Below are positions 53,522 to 62,044 of a stretch of 64,000 nucleotides of DNA, piece after piece. The notes beneath the pieces were generated by a model. It was not told where the DNA came from, did no database searches, and saw only the letters and a list, made by a program, of their open reading frames with translations. The translations under genes were made by a program, and so were the position numbers. Source of the stretch: an uncultured Mollicutes bacterium (GTDB taxonomy: Bacteria; Bacillota_I; Bacilli_A; RFN20; CAG-826); NCBI GenBank assembly GCA_900540395.1, contig UQFQ01000002.1:78918-142917 (forward strand). The letters run 5' to 3'. Positions within the stretch are counted from its first letter, which is position 1, and the number at the start of each line of letters is the position of its first letter.

Positions 53522-54181
53522 ATGAAGAAAATATTATTACCTATTTTACTTGGAACGCTTTTATCCACTCCAAGTGTAAATAATCAAAAAGCAAAAGTTG
53601 ATGTTATGAAAAGTGAAAGTGGAGAAAGTGCTATTACATTAAGAAGTTCTAACTCTGCTTCAGTGGCTAATTCTAATTTCACAAGTTCTTATGAAGAAGA
53701 TGGTGTTAGATTTATAGTTAACTTTATTGATGAAGAAAGTTTAGTTGCAGATAACACATACGATATTGGCTATAACGACAACATTGAATTTTTGATTTCT
53801 AAAAAAACTACTTCAACAAGTTGGGAAATAGGAAAAACATATCATTTTCTTTTATCTGCTAATGGCGAAATTTATTTTGAAAGAGCGGTTGGAACCAATT
53901 CTTTAGGTGATAGATTTGATAAATCTATGGGTATAGTTTTAGGAGAAAATCTTGATTATAAGATTACCTATATAAAAAGTGGGAAATTAACAACTGGATT
54001 TAGTGCTGAGATATATCTAGCTTATGATTTACTTGGTTTGACAAAAGAAGAAGCACTTAATAACCTAACTTATTGTCCGGCTATAAGAAACGCACATATA
54101 TATAATGTGGATAGCACATGGGTTTATTATTCTCTTAATGGGTGTAATTGGTCTAATCCATCTACATTTGTTGAAATTTAG
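53522..54181 (+). CDS. Secreted protein, possible CBM9/DOMON-like carbohydrate-binding fold
   Basis: Signal peptide 'MKKILLPILLGTLLSTPSVNN'. 'YNDNIEFLIS' is reminiscent of the CBM9 'DDSVE.F.D' motif. Weak call. Confidence 0.4.
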   Translation: MKKILLPILLGTLLSTPSVNNQKAKVDVMKSESGESAITLRSSNSASVANSNFTSSYEEDGVRFIVNFIDEESLVADNTYDIGYNDNIEFLISKKTTSTSWEIGKTYHFLLSANGEIYFERAVGTNSLGDRFDKSMGIVLGENLDYKITYIKSGKLTTGFSAEIYLAYDLLGLTKEEALNNLTYCPAIRNAHIYNVDSTWVYYSLNGCNWSNPSTFVEI

Positions 54182-54241
54182 GTATTTGTGCAACTTAAAT
54201 AACCCGCTAAACCTAATTGGTTTTTGAAAAGATTTAACAGC

Positions 54242-54270
54242 AAACGTCCCTTAAAATATGGGGCGTTTTC
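54242..54270 (+). terminator. Rho-independent terminator of the 46318..54181 operon
   Basis: Stem aaacgtccc / ggggcgttt (one G-U pair), 9-nt loop, T-tract 'ttttc'. Confidence 0.6.
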
Positions 54271-54339
54271 TATATCTAAAATTCTACTTTAGATTAAAAA
54301 AACTATTATGATGTGACCTCCTGTCTAGAGTAAATTGTA

Positions 54340-54684
54340 ATGAAATTGAATATGTGTGATTATTTGACGAAATTTCGAAGATTCAAATCAGCTTTTGTTA
54401 AAACTTTATGTAAAGAAAATAATATTTCTTATCAAGTTTTCTTTAATAGAAGTGATGTAAGAGGAGGGTCAACTCTTGGAAATATTTCTATATCACAAGA
54501 AAGTTTCTTGACTGCTGATATTGGTATGCCTCAACTTGCTATGCATTCTTTTTTTGAAACAATAGGAAGCGAAGATACAGAACATATGTTTAACTTAATG
54601 TCTAGTTTCTATAAAACAGTATTTAAGATTGATAATGATAAAATAACATTCCTTAATCCAGGAAAAGCAAGCAAGATTTTATAG
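54340..54684 (+). pseudogene. 3' fragment of an M18 aminopeptidase gene (duplicate of the end of 43823..45169)
   Basis: Encodes only the last ~100 residues ('SAFVKTLCKENNISYQVFFNRSDVRGGSTLGNISISQESFLTADIGMPQLAMHSFFETIGSEDTEHMF..'). The upstream 15 codons are unrelated and there is no RBS. Confidence 0.8.
54388..54633 (+). repeat. Direct repeat copy 2 (246 bp)
   Basis: See copy 1. The three mismatches are t/a in 'gttaaa[t/a]c', c/t in 'att[c/t]ct' and a/g in 'aca[a/g]aac'. Confidence 0.9.
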
Positions 54685-54694
54685 TCATTTTAAG

Positions 54695-54718
54695 GTTTAC
54701 ATTAAAATTATTGTAAAC
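54695..54718. promoter_or_regulatory. Inverted repeat GTTTACA-N10-TGTAAAC after the aminopeptidase fragment
   Basis: Perfect 7-nt arms. Could be a weak AT-rich terminator hairpin or an operator. Confidence 0.25.
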
Positions 54719-54854
54719 TTTAAAAACATAATAATTTAGTTAAAACTTTCACAATTAAATTTATAAAACCAAACGAAATGACCGAATTTTATCGCTCTTT
54801 TTAGATTTTTGGCAAATCAACTTTTAAAATTTTATTAAATTTAGGTGTGGAAAT

Positions 54855-54868
54855 TGTAAGCGCTTCCA
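54855..54868. promoter_or_regulatory. cre-like / LacI-type operator TGTAAGCGCTTCCA
   Basis: 13 of 14 identical to the perfect palindrome at 33267. Central CG. Upstream of the 55043 locus. Confidence 0.45.
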
Positions 54869-54877
54869 GTTTTTAAA

Positions 54878-54891
54878 AGAAAGCGCTTACA
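54878..54891. promoter_or_regulatory. cre-like / LacI-type operator AGAAAGCGCTTACA
   Basis: Second copy, 23 nt (start to start) from the first. The core is AAGCGCTTACA. Confidence 0.45.
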
Positions 54892-54931
54892 TTAAAAATA
54901 ATGTTTTAAAATTGAACATAATTAGAAAAGT

Positions 54932-54945
54932 ACGATAATTATCGT
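54932..54945. promoter_or_regulatory. Perfect 14-bp palindrome ACGATAATTATCGT
   Basis: Self-complementary. Related ACGAT-N4-ATCGT elements occur at 42931-42944 and, partially, at 33197-33208. Confidence 0.35.
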
Positions 54946-55042
54946 TATTTTTTAAAACATTACGCAACATTACAATTTTGACAACGATATTTCTTTAAAG
55001 TTAACTTAAAGACAACAAAAATACTTTTTTAGGAGGATAGCT

Positions 55043-56638
55043 ATGAAAAGAAGAAAAGTATTAAGCGTCGCACTTTTAAGTGCACTTACATTCGGGTCAA
55101 TCGTTGGAATGACTTCTTGTGGAAATGATGAAGGTGGCGATGTTATACCTGATAACGTAACCGTTAATTGGACTGGTCTTGAAACAGTTTATTTAAACAT
55201 GGGCGATACAGCACCAGATCCATTAGTTGGCGTCAAAGCAACTTCAAGTGAGGGCGATGAACTTAAAGTTGTTTTAGATAGTGAAAGCTCAATGACTATT
55301 GATACTGGTTACCCAGGAACTTATACCGTTTATTATTATGCTGAAACAGCAGACGGTACTAAAGTTGATGCAGAAGGAACTGGTTATGCTTATAAAACAT
55401 TTATTGTTGAAAGAGGCACAACTTTAGACAATTCAACTTTTGATACAGGTGTCACTAGTTGGAGTGGAAACGGAAATGCTGGTTCTAAAATGGAATTTTC
55501 TTGGGATTCAACAGAAAAAGCTTTAAAAGTTGATATCACCAATGCTGGTTTAGAATATTGGAATAACCAAGTTGAATACAATGGTTTAAATTTAGATGCT
55601 AATTCAACTTATGAAATTACATTTAAAGCTAAATCAAATAGTGGCAGAAATATTGGTGTAACTATGGAAGTTCCAGCCAATGGATATGCAGTTGTTGAAA
55701 ATCCAAATTGCTATGGTCTTCCTACAAAAACAGAATATCAAGACTATAAATTCTATTACACAACTGGCGATGAAAAATTAGAGGCAATTAAATTTGGCTT
55801 TTTACTTGGAAGATTTACTGAAGCTGACGATGTTGCTGCTGGTGAAAAAGATACTGTTTGGATTGATGATGTTTATGTCAAAAAGATGGCAAAAACAGCA
55901 AATACAACTGGTGTAGTCTTTGAAAATGCTGGAAGAGTTAAATTAGATGGTTTAAATCCATTTAAATCATATGCTGAAGCTAAAAAAGTTACAGCAAAAG
56001 ATAAAGACGGAAACGATATCACAGATAAATTAGTTAAAACTGGCGTTGTCCCAACATCATTTACTGATACAATGACAAAAGCCAATTTTGCAGAACAATA
56101 TATGTATACTGATGACGAAGGAAATATTTCCTATGTTAGAAGAGAGTATACATGGGAAAAACCTGCAAACCGTGAAAATGATTGGGATTTAATGAATGAT
56201 GATTTCAATGATGGCCTTACATATTGGAATTTAGAGCAAAATGATATTGTTGAAATCTCAGAAAAAGATGGTATTGCTACAATTAAGGCTTTAAATGAAT
56301 CATCCAAAGTAGATGATTGGAAAGCTCAATTACAACAAAATAATACTGGTAACGTCTTAAAAGCCGGTGAAACTTATTATGTTGAAGTTAAAGCTAAAGT
56401 TGATGATCCATCTGTTAGAACATTAAGACTTGAGTTCTGTGCTAATGCAGGAGGTAATCCAAATGCAAAAACAGATATGATTTTCGAAAAAGCTAATGAA
56501 TGGACAGTATTTAAGAGTTCAGAATATACTCCAAAAGCTGATGTTAGCGGTGGAAATTTAAGAGTTGGTCTCTTACTTGCTGAATATAACGTCAAATATA
56601 CAATGGATGTTGACTACATTAGAATTGTAAAAAAATAA
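55043..56638 (+). CDS. Surface lipoprotein with Ig-like (DUF5011-type) domain and two CBM4_9/CBM22-like carbohydrate-binding modules
   Basis: RBS 'aggagg'. Lipobox 'MTS-C'. 'YPGTYTVYYYAETADG' is Ig-like. 'LDNSTFDTGVTSWSGNGNAG..YWNNQVEY..STYEITFKAKS' and 'LMNDDFNDGLTYWNLEQND..WKAQLQQN..ETYYVEVKAKV' are two CBM4_9-type modules. Confidence 0.7.
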   Translation: MKRRKVLSVALLSALTFGSIVGMTSCGNDEGGDVIPDNVTVNWTGLETVYLNMGDTAPDPLVGVKATSSEGDELKVVLDSESSMTIDTGYPGTYTVYYYAETADGTKVDAEGTGYAYKTFIVERGTTLDNSTFDTGVTSWSGNGNAGSKMEFSWDSTEKALKVDITNAGLEYWNNQVEYNGLNLDANSTYEITFKAKSNSGRNIGVTMEVPANGYAVVENPNCYGLPTKTEYQDYKFYYTTGDEKLEAIKFGFLLGRFTEADDVAAGEKDTVWIDDVYVKKMAKTANTTGVVFENAGRVKLDGLNPFKSYAEAKKVTAKDKDGNDITDKLVKTGVVPTSFTDTMTKANFAEQYMYTDDEGNISYVRREYTWEKPANRENDWDLMNDDFNDGLTYWNLEQNDIVEISEKDGIATIKALNESSKVDDWKAQLQQNNTGNVLKAGETYYVEVKAKVDDPSVRTLRLEFCANAGGNPNAKTDMIFEKANEWTVFKSSEYTPKADVSGGNLRVGLLLAEYNVKYTMDVDYIRIVKK

Positions 56639-56649
56639 TTTATTAATTT

Positions 56650-57627
56650 ATGGGCTACAAAACTAATGTTTGCCTGAAATCTATTGCATATGAACTAAAG
56701 GTTTCAGTAAATACGGTTTCAAGAGCACTTAGAGATTGTAGCGATATATCTGAAAAAACAAAGAAGAAGGTCAGGCAGAAAGCCCTTGAAATGGGCTATC
56801 TGCCTAGTAACCTTTTACACTCAGTAAAAGAAGATAGCTCCAAACTAATTGCCCTTGTAATTAATAACATCAAAAATTATTACTTCATTCTTATGAGTAA
56901 TAAGCTAATGTTTTATCTAAAAAGAGAAGGTTATGTATGTGTTTTAATTAATCTTTTTGGAGATAAATTCACAATTGATGCTGTTAAAGAATGTATCTAT
57001 CAAAGAGTTGATGGAGTAATTTCATTTGTTGAACCAACACAGGATTCAATAGAGTTAATGAAATTAAATAAAATGCCATTTCTAATGATTGGTAGAAAAC
57101 TAGAAGACAATTATTGTGAAATGCTTTACACAGACGATTTTAAAGGGGGAGAGCTAGCTGCTAAATATTTATTAAGTAAAAAATGTACAAACTTTATTTA
57201 CATAAATATTAATGGTAGCGAATGTTCAGTCCGTAGGTATAAAGGTTTTGTCCACTATCTTAGATATGTTCGAAAAACCACAAAATATCAAAAAATTGAT
57301 ATAGAAAATCTAAAAACAGCATTGAAAGATGTGCTGAATTTAGAAAATTTAGGAATATTCTGCTATAACGATGAACATGCTTTCATGGTTATAGATTATT
57401 TAAAAAATATAAATTTTGATTTAAATAGAGTCGAAATTATTGGTTATGACGCGATAAGTCAAAACTCACTTGGGACAAATGATATAGCTTCTATTGGATT
57501 TGATTATGGATTAATTGCAAAAACAGCAAGTTATTGTATAACAACTGATCCAAAAGAAAGAGAAAAACTCAATATGTGTTTTGATGTAAGAGTCTATCAA
57601 AAAGGAGAAAAAAATGAAGTTACTTAA
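56650..57627 (+). CDS. LacI family transcriptional regulator
   Basis: 'LKSIAYELKVSVNTVSRALRD' HTH plus a sugar-binding domain. Co-directional, embedded between structural genes. Confidence 0.85.
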   Translation: MGYKTNVCLKSIAYELKVSVNTVSRALRDCSDISEKTKKKVRQKALEMGYLPSNLLHSVKEDSSKLIALVINNIKNYYFILMSNKLMFYLKREGYVCVLINLFGDKFTIDAVKECIYQRVDGVISFVEPTQDSIELMKLNKMPFLMIGRKLEDNYCEMLYTDDFKGGELAAKYLLSKKCTNFIYININGSECSVRRYKGFVHYLRYVRKTTKYQKIDIENLKTALKDVLNLENLGIFCYNDEHAFMVIDYLKNINFDLNRVEIIGYDAISQNSLGTNDIASIGFDYGLIAKTASYCITTDPKEREKLNMCFDVRVYQKGEKNEVT

Positions 57628-58672
57628 ATTTGCCTTATGTGCATTAAGCTCCATGATTTTAGTTGGCTGTACTCCTAGTCAAAGTGATGATGTCGGCGAT
57701 GATAATAATGATTCAACATTGACAACAACTCGTTATCAAAATCCTATTATTATGGCTGATTGTCCTGATCCTACCGTTATTAGAGATGGTAGTACTTTTT
57801 ATATTTTCGGAACCGGTGGACGTGTTTATAAAAACGAAGATTTAAATAATGGCTATTGGGAACAACTTGACGATATTAAAAGAACAGTTAAATGGGGAAA
57901 TACATACGATGCAATTTGGGCTCCAGATGTCGTTAAAATTGGTGACAAATGGAACTATTATTACTCCGTTTCTGTTTGGGGAGATGAAGACCCTGGAATT
58001 GGCGTAATGCAATCAGATAGTTTAGAAGGACCATGGGAAGATAAAGGAAAAATTTTCTTATCTAGTGAAATTGGTGTTGATAACTCTATAGATCCAGTTG
58101 TCCTCGAGGATAATGGAAAAGTTTGGATGGCTTGGGGAAGTTTCCGTGGTATTTTCATTGTCGAGTTAAATGAAGATGGGACTGCTTTAAAAAATCCTGA
58201 AACTGCTAAAGACGATAAGATTTTAATTGCTGGTATTGTTGGCCCTTGGAACGGTGGCACTTACGAAGGCGCGTATATTAGAAAAATAAATGATTACTAT
58301 TATTTATTTGGTTCTCAAGGCACTTGTTGTGAAGGTGTAAATTCAACATATCATGTTAAAGTTGCTAGAAGTAAAAGCATAACAGGTCCTTATGTTGATG
58401 CAGAAGGAGTTGACATGCTTGGTACAGATCGTGGTGAATTAGTTGTTAAAGGCGATCAAAACGTCGCAGGTCCTGGACATATGTCTTTATTTCAAGATGA
58501 CGCTAATGATTGGTGGATGGTTTACCATGGATATGACAAACTTGCTCCAGCCGGAAGATATGTTTTCATGGACAAACTTGAATGGGATGATAATGGTTTC
58601 CCACATTTAGTTTCATACGCTCCAAGCTACTTTAGAACAGTTGCTGGACCAAAAATAAAATACGAGAAATAA
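57614..58672 (+). CDS. Glycoside hydrolase family 43 lipoprotein
   Basis: Lipobox 'LVG-C'. 'NPIIMADCPDPTVIRDGSTFYIFGT', 'IWAPDVVKIGDKWNYYYS', 'YEGAYIRKINDYYYLF'. GH43 five-bladed propeller blocks. Confidence 0.85.
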   Translation: MKLLKFALCALSSMILVGCTPSQSDDVGDDNNDSTLTTTRYQNPIIMADCPDPTVIRDGSTFYIFGTGGRVYKNEDLNNGYWEQLDDIKRTVKWGNTYDAIWAPDVVKIGDKWNYYYSVSVWGDEDPGIGVMQSDSLEGPWEDKGKIFLSSEIGVDNSIDPVVLEDNGKVWMAWGSFRGIFIVELNEDGTALKNPETAKDDKILIAGIVGPWNGGTYEGAYIRKINDYYYLFGSQGTCCEGVNSTYHVKVARSKSITGPYVDAEGVDMLGTDRGELVVKGDQNVAGPGHMSLFQDDANDWWMVYHGYDKLAPAGRYVFMDKLEWDDNGFPHLVSYAPSYFRTVAGPKIKYEK

Positions 58673-58687
58673 GAGGAGAATATTTCA

Positions 58688-60106
58688 ATGAAAAAAAGAT
58701 TATTTTTAATCGGTGTTGCTGCACTTGCAACTACTCTTGCTACAGTTGGTTGTGGTGGAGATGAAGGATCTATGGATATTGGAGAAGATGGCGAAATTGT
58801 ATTCAGAAATGTCAATATTTCCTTCCAACACGTTATTACAGGTACCGATAATACTTATTTAACTAATCTTGTTAATGAATTTAACAAAGAACATCAAGGT
58901 CAAATTAGAGTCCAAGCTGCTCCTGTTCAAGCAGCAGATATTTATGGAAACTTACCATTAACAACTTCTAATAATCGTAACTCTGATGTCATGTTAATTC
59001 ATGCTGAAAGAGTTTTACAATTTGCTGCACAAGAAGAAAATGGTTCAAGCAGATACTTTAGAGAATTAGATGATATTATGGAACTTGCTAAAGTTGAGCT
59101 TGATCCAAAAGATTTCCCTGCAGATGTTTGGGATAATATGCAATTTAATGGCGAACAATATGGTATTCCATTCGATATGCATATGGCAGGTATTTATGTA
59201 AATACTACTATGCTCAAAGAACTTGGTTTAGAAATGCCAGAAACTAGAGAAGACATTATTGCAGCTGCACAAGCAGCAATTAAGGCAGGCCACCAAGGTT
59301 TCCCAATTTCGAATGGTTACCCTGATACATATTTCTTCATTAATGCTTTCTTAAATAATGGCGGAAAACAAATGCTTCAAGAAGATGATGAAGGATTTGA
59401 TCCAAATCAAAAATTGAGTGATGGCACAGTTGTTCCTTATCAACCAGGTGCTTATTATAACGATGCAGCATTTAAAGCTGGCGATTCAATTAGAGATTTA
59501 ATGTATGGTGCAAACAAAATTTGCGAACCACAACTTCAAACTGACGCTGGTATTAGCCAATTTAGAAGTGGTAATGCATTATTTACTTGTGATGGTATTT
59601 GGCTTTTAAACGATGTTATCGAAGATGCTAAAGATGAATTTGAATTTGATGTTCTTCCAATGAGTACATTATTTAATTCAACAGCTAATAGTGGTTATAA
59701 AGGTGTTAACTATACCAATGGTCATATCTTTGTTTTACCAAAACATACATTAGGTGGAGAAACAAAGACACGTCAACAAGCTAGTATGTATTTTGTCAAA
59801 TGGATGCTTGAACATTCAGCTGATTGGGCAGCAAGTGGTAAGATCCCAGCTTATGCTCCTGCAAGAGAAGAAGAAGCTTTCACCAAACTTCCTTATCTTG
59901 ATGGATATGGTGAAATCGATTCATTCGTTGCAATGCAAGCTAGCCCATACACTTATAGTGCATTCTCTCCACTTCAACAAGTCACAACTGCAGTCATGAA
60001 TGCAAACCATGAATTAAGTGATGATGAGCTTAATACTTATGTAGATAAATATTATCAAGAAGGTATTAATCTTGTTAAAGCTGATATGAGTGGTGGAAGT
60101 ATTTAA
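58688..60106 (+). CDS. Sugar ABC transporter solute-binding lipoprotein (family 1)
   Basis: RBS 'gaggag'. Lipobox 'TVG-C' then 'GGDEGS'. 472 aa. Followed by MalF/MalG-type permeases. Confidence 0.85.
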   Translation: MKKRLFLIGVAALATTLATVGCGGDEGSMDIGEDGEIVFRNVNISFQHVITGTDNTYLTNLVNEFNKEHQGQIRVQAAPVQAADIYGNLPLTTSNNRNSDVMLIHAERVLQFAAQEENGSSRYFRELDDIMELAKVELDPKDFPADVWDNMQFNGEQYGIPFDMHMAGIYVNTTMLKELGLEMPETREDIIAAAQAAIKAGHQGFPISNGYPDTYFFINAFLNNGGKQMLQEDDEGFDPNQKLSDGTVVPYQPGAYYNDAAFKAGDSIRDLMYGANKICEPQLQTDAGISQFRSGNALFTCDGIWLLNDVIEDAKDEFEFDVLPMSTLFNSTANSGYKGVNYTNGHIFVLPKHTLGGETKTRQQASMYFVKWMLEHSADWAASGKIPAYAPAREEEAFTKLPYLDGYGEIDSFVAMQASPYTYSAFSPLQQVTTAVMNANHELSDDELNTYVDKYYQEGINLVKADMSGGSI

Positions 60107-60120
60107 TCAATAATTTATGT

Positions 60121-60140
60121 AGGGGCTTTAATAAGCCCCT
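60121..60140 (+). other. Intercistronic GC-rich stem-loop (mRNA stabiliser/attenuator) after the SBP gene
   Basis: aggggctt-taat-aagcccct, a perfect 8-bp stem. The T-tract is poor ('cttccctt'), so it probably does not terminate fully. Confidence 0.5.
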
Positions 60141-60161
60141 CTTCCCTTAGGAGAAAGTAAA

Positions 60162-61151
60162 ATGGATGAAATAATTACTTTTGAACAGAGGATCGAAGAA
60201 CAAAAGAAAGCAAGTAAGCGTAGTGCTGAGATATCAAAATGGCTTACTGTGGCTCTTTTCTTTGGTCCTTATTTGTTCTTTTTCGTTTTATTTTTCGTCT
60301 ATCCTTTAATTCAAGGAATTGTTGATTCATTCTTCTTCTTTAATTTTGGTGATAGCGAAAAAACTTTTGTTGGTTGGCAAAACTATCAGAATATTTTAAT
60401 TAGAAATCCTGATTTTCCTCAACCTTATGATTATTTTAATGAAGGTTTACAACACACCATTTTGTTTGTTGTGTTAACAGTGCCTTTTTTAATTTTAATC
60501 CCACTAATCCTCGCTCTTTTGTTAAATAAAAAACCATGGGGTGAAGGATTTTTTAGAGCTTTATTCTTTTTACCAAACGTTTTATCTGTTTCAACAGTCT
60601 GCTTAATTTTCAAGTTCTTATTTAACAATGACTTTGGATTTGTTAAAGGATTCCCATTTTTAAGTGATCCTGTTTCCGCTTGGATTGTTATTGTTTTTAC
60701 AACTTTATGGTGGACTGTTGGTAACAACATGGTCATTTTAAATGCTGGTATTAAACAAGTTGACAAATCATTATATGAAGCAGCAGCAATTGATGGATGT
60801 GGTGAATTAAAAAGTATAATTCATATTACAATTCCACAAATTGCTAACCAAGTATTGATATGTTCAATTACTACAATTATTGCTTCTTTTAACGTTTATG
60901 GACAATCACAATTAATCACAACGGGCGGACCTGATGATGCAACAATGATGTTTATTCAAAGAGTTCTTGAAATGCTCAAATTACCTAATAGAGGTGTTGG
61001 TGGAGCTGGTATTGCTAATGCAATGTGTGTTCTTTTTGCTTTAATCATTCTTGCAATTTCTCTTATCCAACTTTACGTCACACGTGATAAAAAAGATAGT
61101 CATCGTCGTTTATTTAAAAAACAACATGCCTATCAAAAAACGGAGGCTTAA
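60162..61151 (+). CDS. Sugar ABC transporter permease (MalF/UgpA-type)
   Basis: EAA loop 'YEAAAIDGCGELKSIIHITIPQI'. 6 TM segments. Confidence 0.85.
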   Translation: MDEIITFEQRIEEQKKASKRSAEISKWLTVALFFGPYLFFFVLFFVYPLIQGIVDSFFFFNFGDSEKTFVGWQNYQNILIRNPDFPQPYDYFNEGLQHTILFVVLTVPFLILIPLILALLLNKKPWGEGFFRALFFLPNVLSVSTVCLIFKFLFNNDFGFVKGFPFLSDPVSAWIVIVFTTLWWTVGNNMVILNAGIKQVDKSLYEAAAIDGCGELKSIIHITIPQIANQVLICSITTIIASFNVYGQSQLITTGGPDDATMMFIQRVLEMLKLPNRGVGGAGIANAMCVLFALIILAISLIQLYVTRDKKDSHRRLFKKQHAYQKTEA

Positions 61152-61153
61152 TT

Positions 61154-62023
61154 ATGGGTACTAAAAGAAGTATTTTAATTGGTCGAATTGTATCAACTAT
61201 CTGCTTACTCATTTTAGGCGCCATTTGGATTATGCCTTTAATCTGGGCATTAGGTGCAAGTTTTAAGCCTGATACAATTACCGATATTAATCAGATTTTT
61301 CCATCATTTGATAACTGGACTTTTGAATGGTATCAATTGTTATTTTCCTTTGATGGTGAATACCCAGTTTTAAGATGGATTTTAAATAGCTTTATAGTTG
61401 GCTGCATTCACACAGTACTTTATTTAATTATTGTTAGTTTTGCAGCTTATGCGCTTGTTTTCTTAGATTGGAAATTTAAAAACGCAATCTTCACCGTCGT
61501 TGTTTCAAGTATGATGTTCCCAGGAATTATTACCCTTGTTCCTTTATATAACTTATTTAATAGTTTAGGAATTGCCGGTAATCCAACATGGGTTTATTTA
61601 ATTGGATGTATTTTACCAGGACTTGGTGGCGTTTTCGGTTTATTCCTTATTCGTCAATTCTTCCTCGGACTTCCAAAAGAATTAGTTGAGGCTTGTAAGG
61701 TTGATGGTTGTAATAATTTCCAAATTTTCTTTAGAGTAATTCTTCCAATAGGTAAAAATGCTATCTTTGTTGCAGCAATTTTTGCTTTCTTAGGAAACTG
61801 GAATGATTACTTATGGCCACAACTTATCGCTTCTGGAGGAGTTGATGTTTTAGGAAGAGAATGGCTTACCTTGCCAGTCGGACTTTCTGTTTTAGTTAGT
61901 GGTAGAACTGGTGATACTTCACCACTTGCTGGTGCAGTTATTAGTGCAATCCCAGTTATGATTGTTTACTTATTTGCACAAAAATACATCATTAATGGTG
62001 TTAGTAGAAGCGGAATTAAATAA
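61154..62023 (+). CDS. Sugar ABC transporter permease (MalG/UgpE-type)
   Basis: EAA loop 'LVEACKVDGCNNFQIFFRVILPIG'. 6 TM segments. Confidence 0.85.
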   Translation: MGTKRSILIGRIVSTICLLILGAIWIMPLIWALGASFKPDTITDINQIFPSFDNWTFEWYQLLFSFDGEYPVLRWILNSFIVGCIHTVLYLIIVSFAAYALVFLDWKFKNAIFTVVVSSMMFPGIITLVPLYNLFNSLGIAGNPTWVYLIGCILPGLGGVFGLFLIRQFFLGLPKELVEACKVDGCNNFQIFFRVILPIGKNAIFVAAIFAFLGNWNDYLWPQLIASGGVDVLGREWLTLPVGLSVLVSGRTGDTSPLAGAVISAIPVMIVYLFAQKYIINGVSRSGIK

Positions 62024-62044
62024 TAGAAATAAGAGGTTATATTT

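Noticed and set aside
45119-54387. Calling the repeat-bracketed block a mobile element or genomic island with its own mobility genes
   Set aside because: It has no integrase, transposase, recombinase, tRNA attachment site or terminal inverted repeats. The flanking repeat is a piece of a host gene, so homologous recombination is the simpler explanation. It is reported as a finding, not as a mobile_element feature.
54340-54684. The 114 aa ORF as a functional small protein
   Set aside because: It contains only the C-terminal ~100 residues of an M18 aminopeptidase. It lacks the metal-binding and catalytic blocks, has no RBS, and its first ~15 codons are unrelated read-in sequence.
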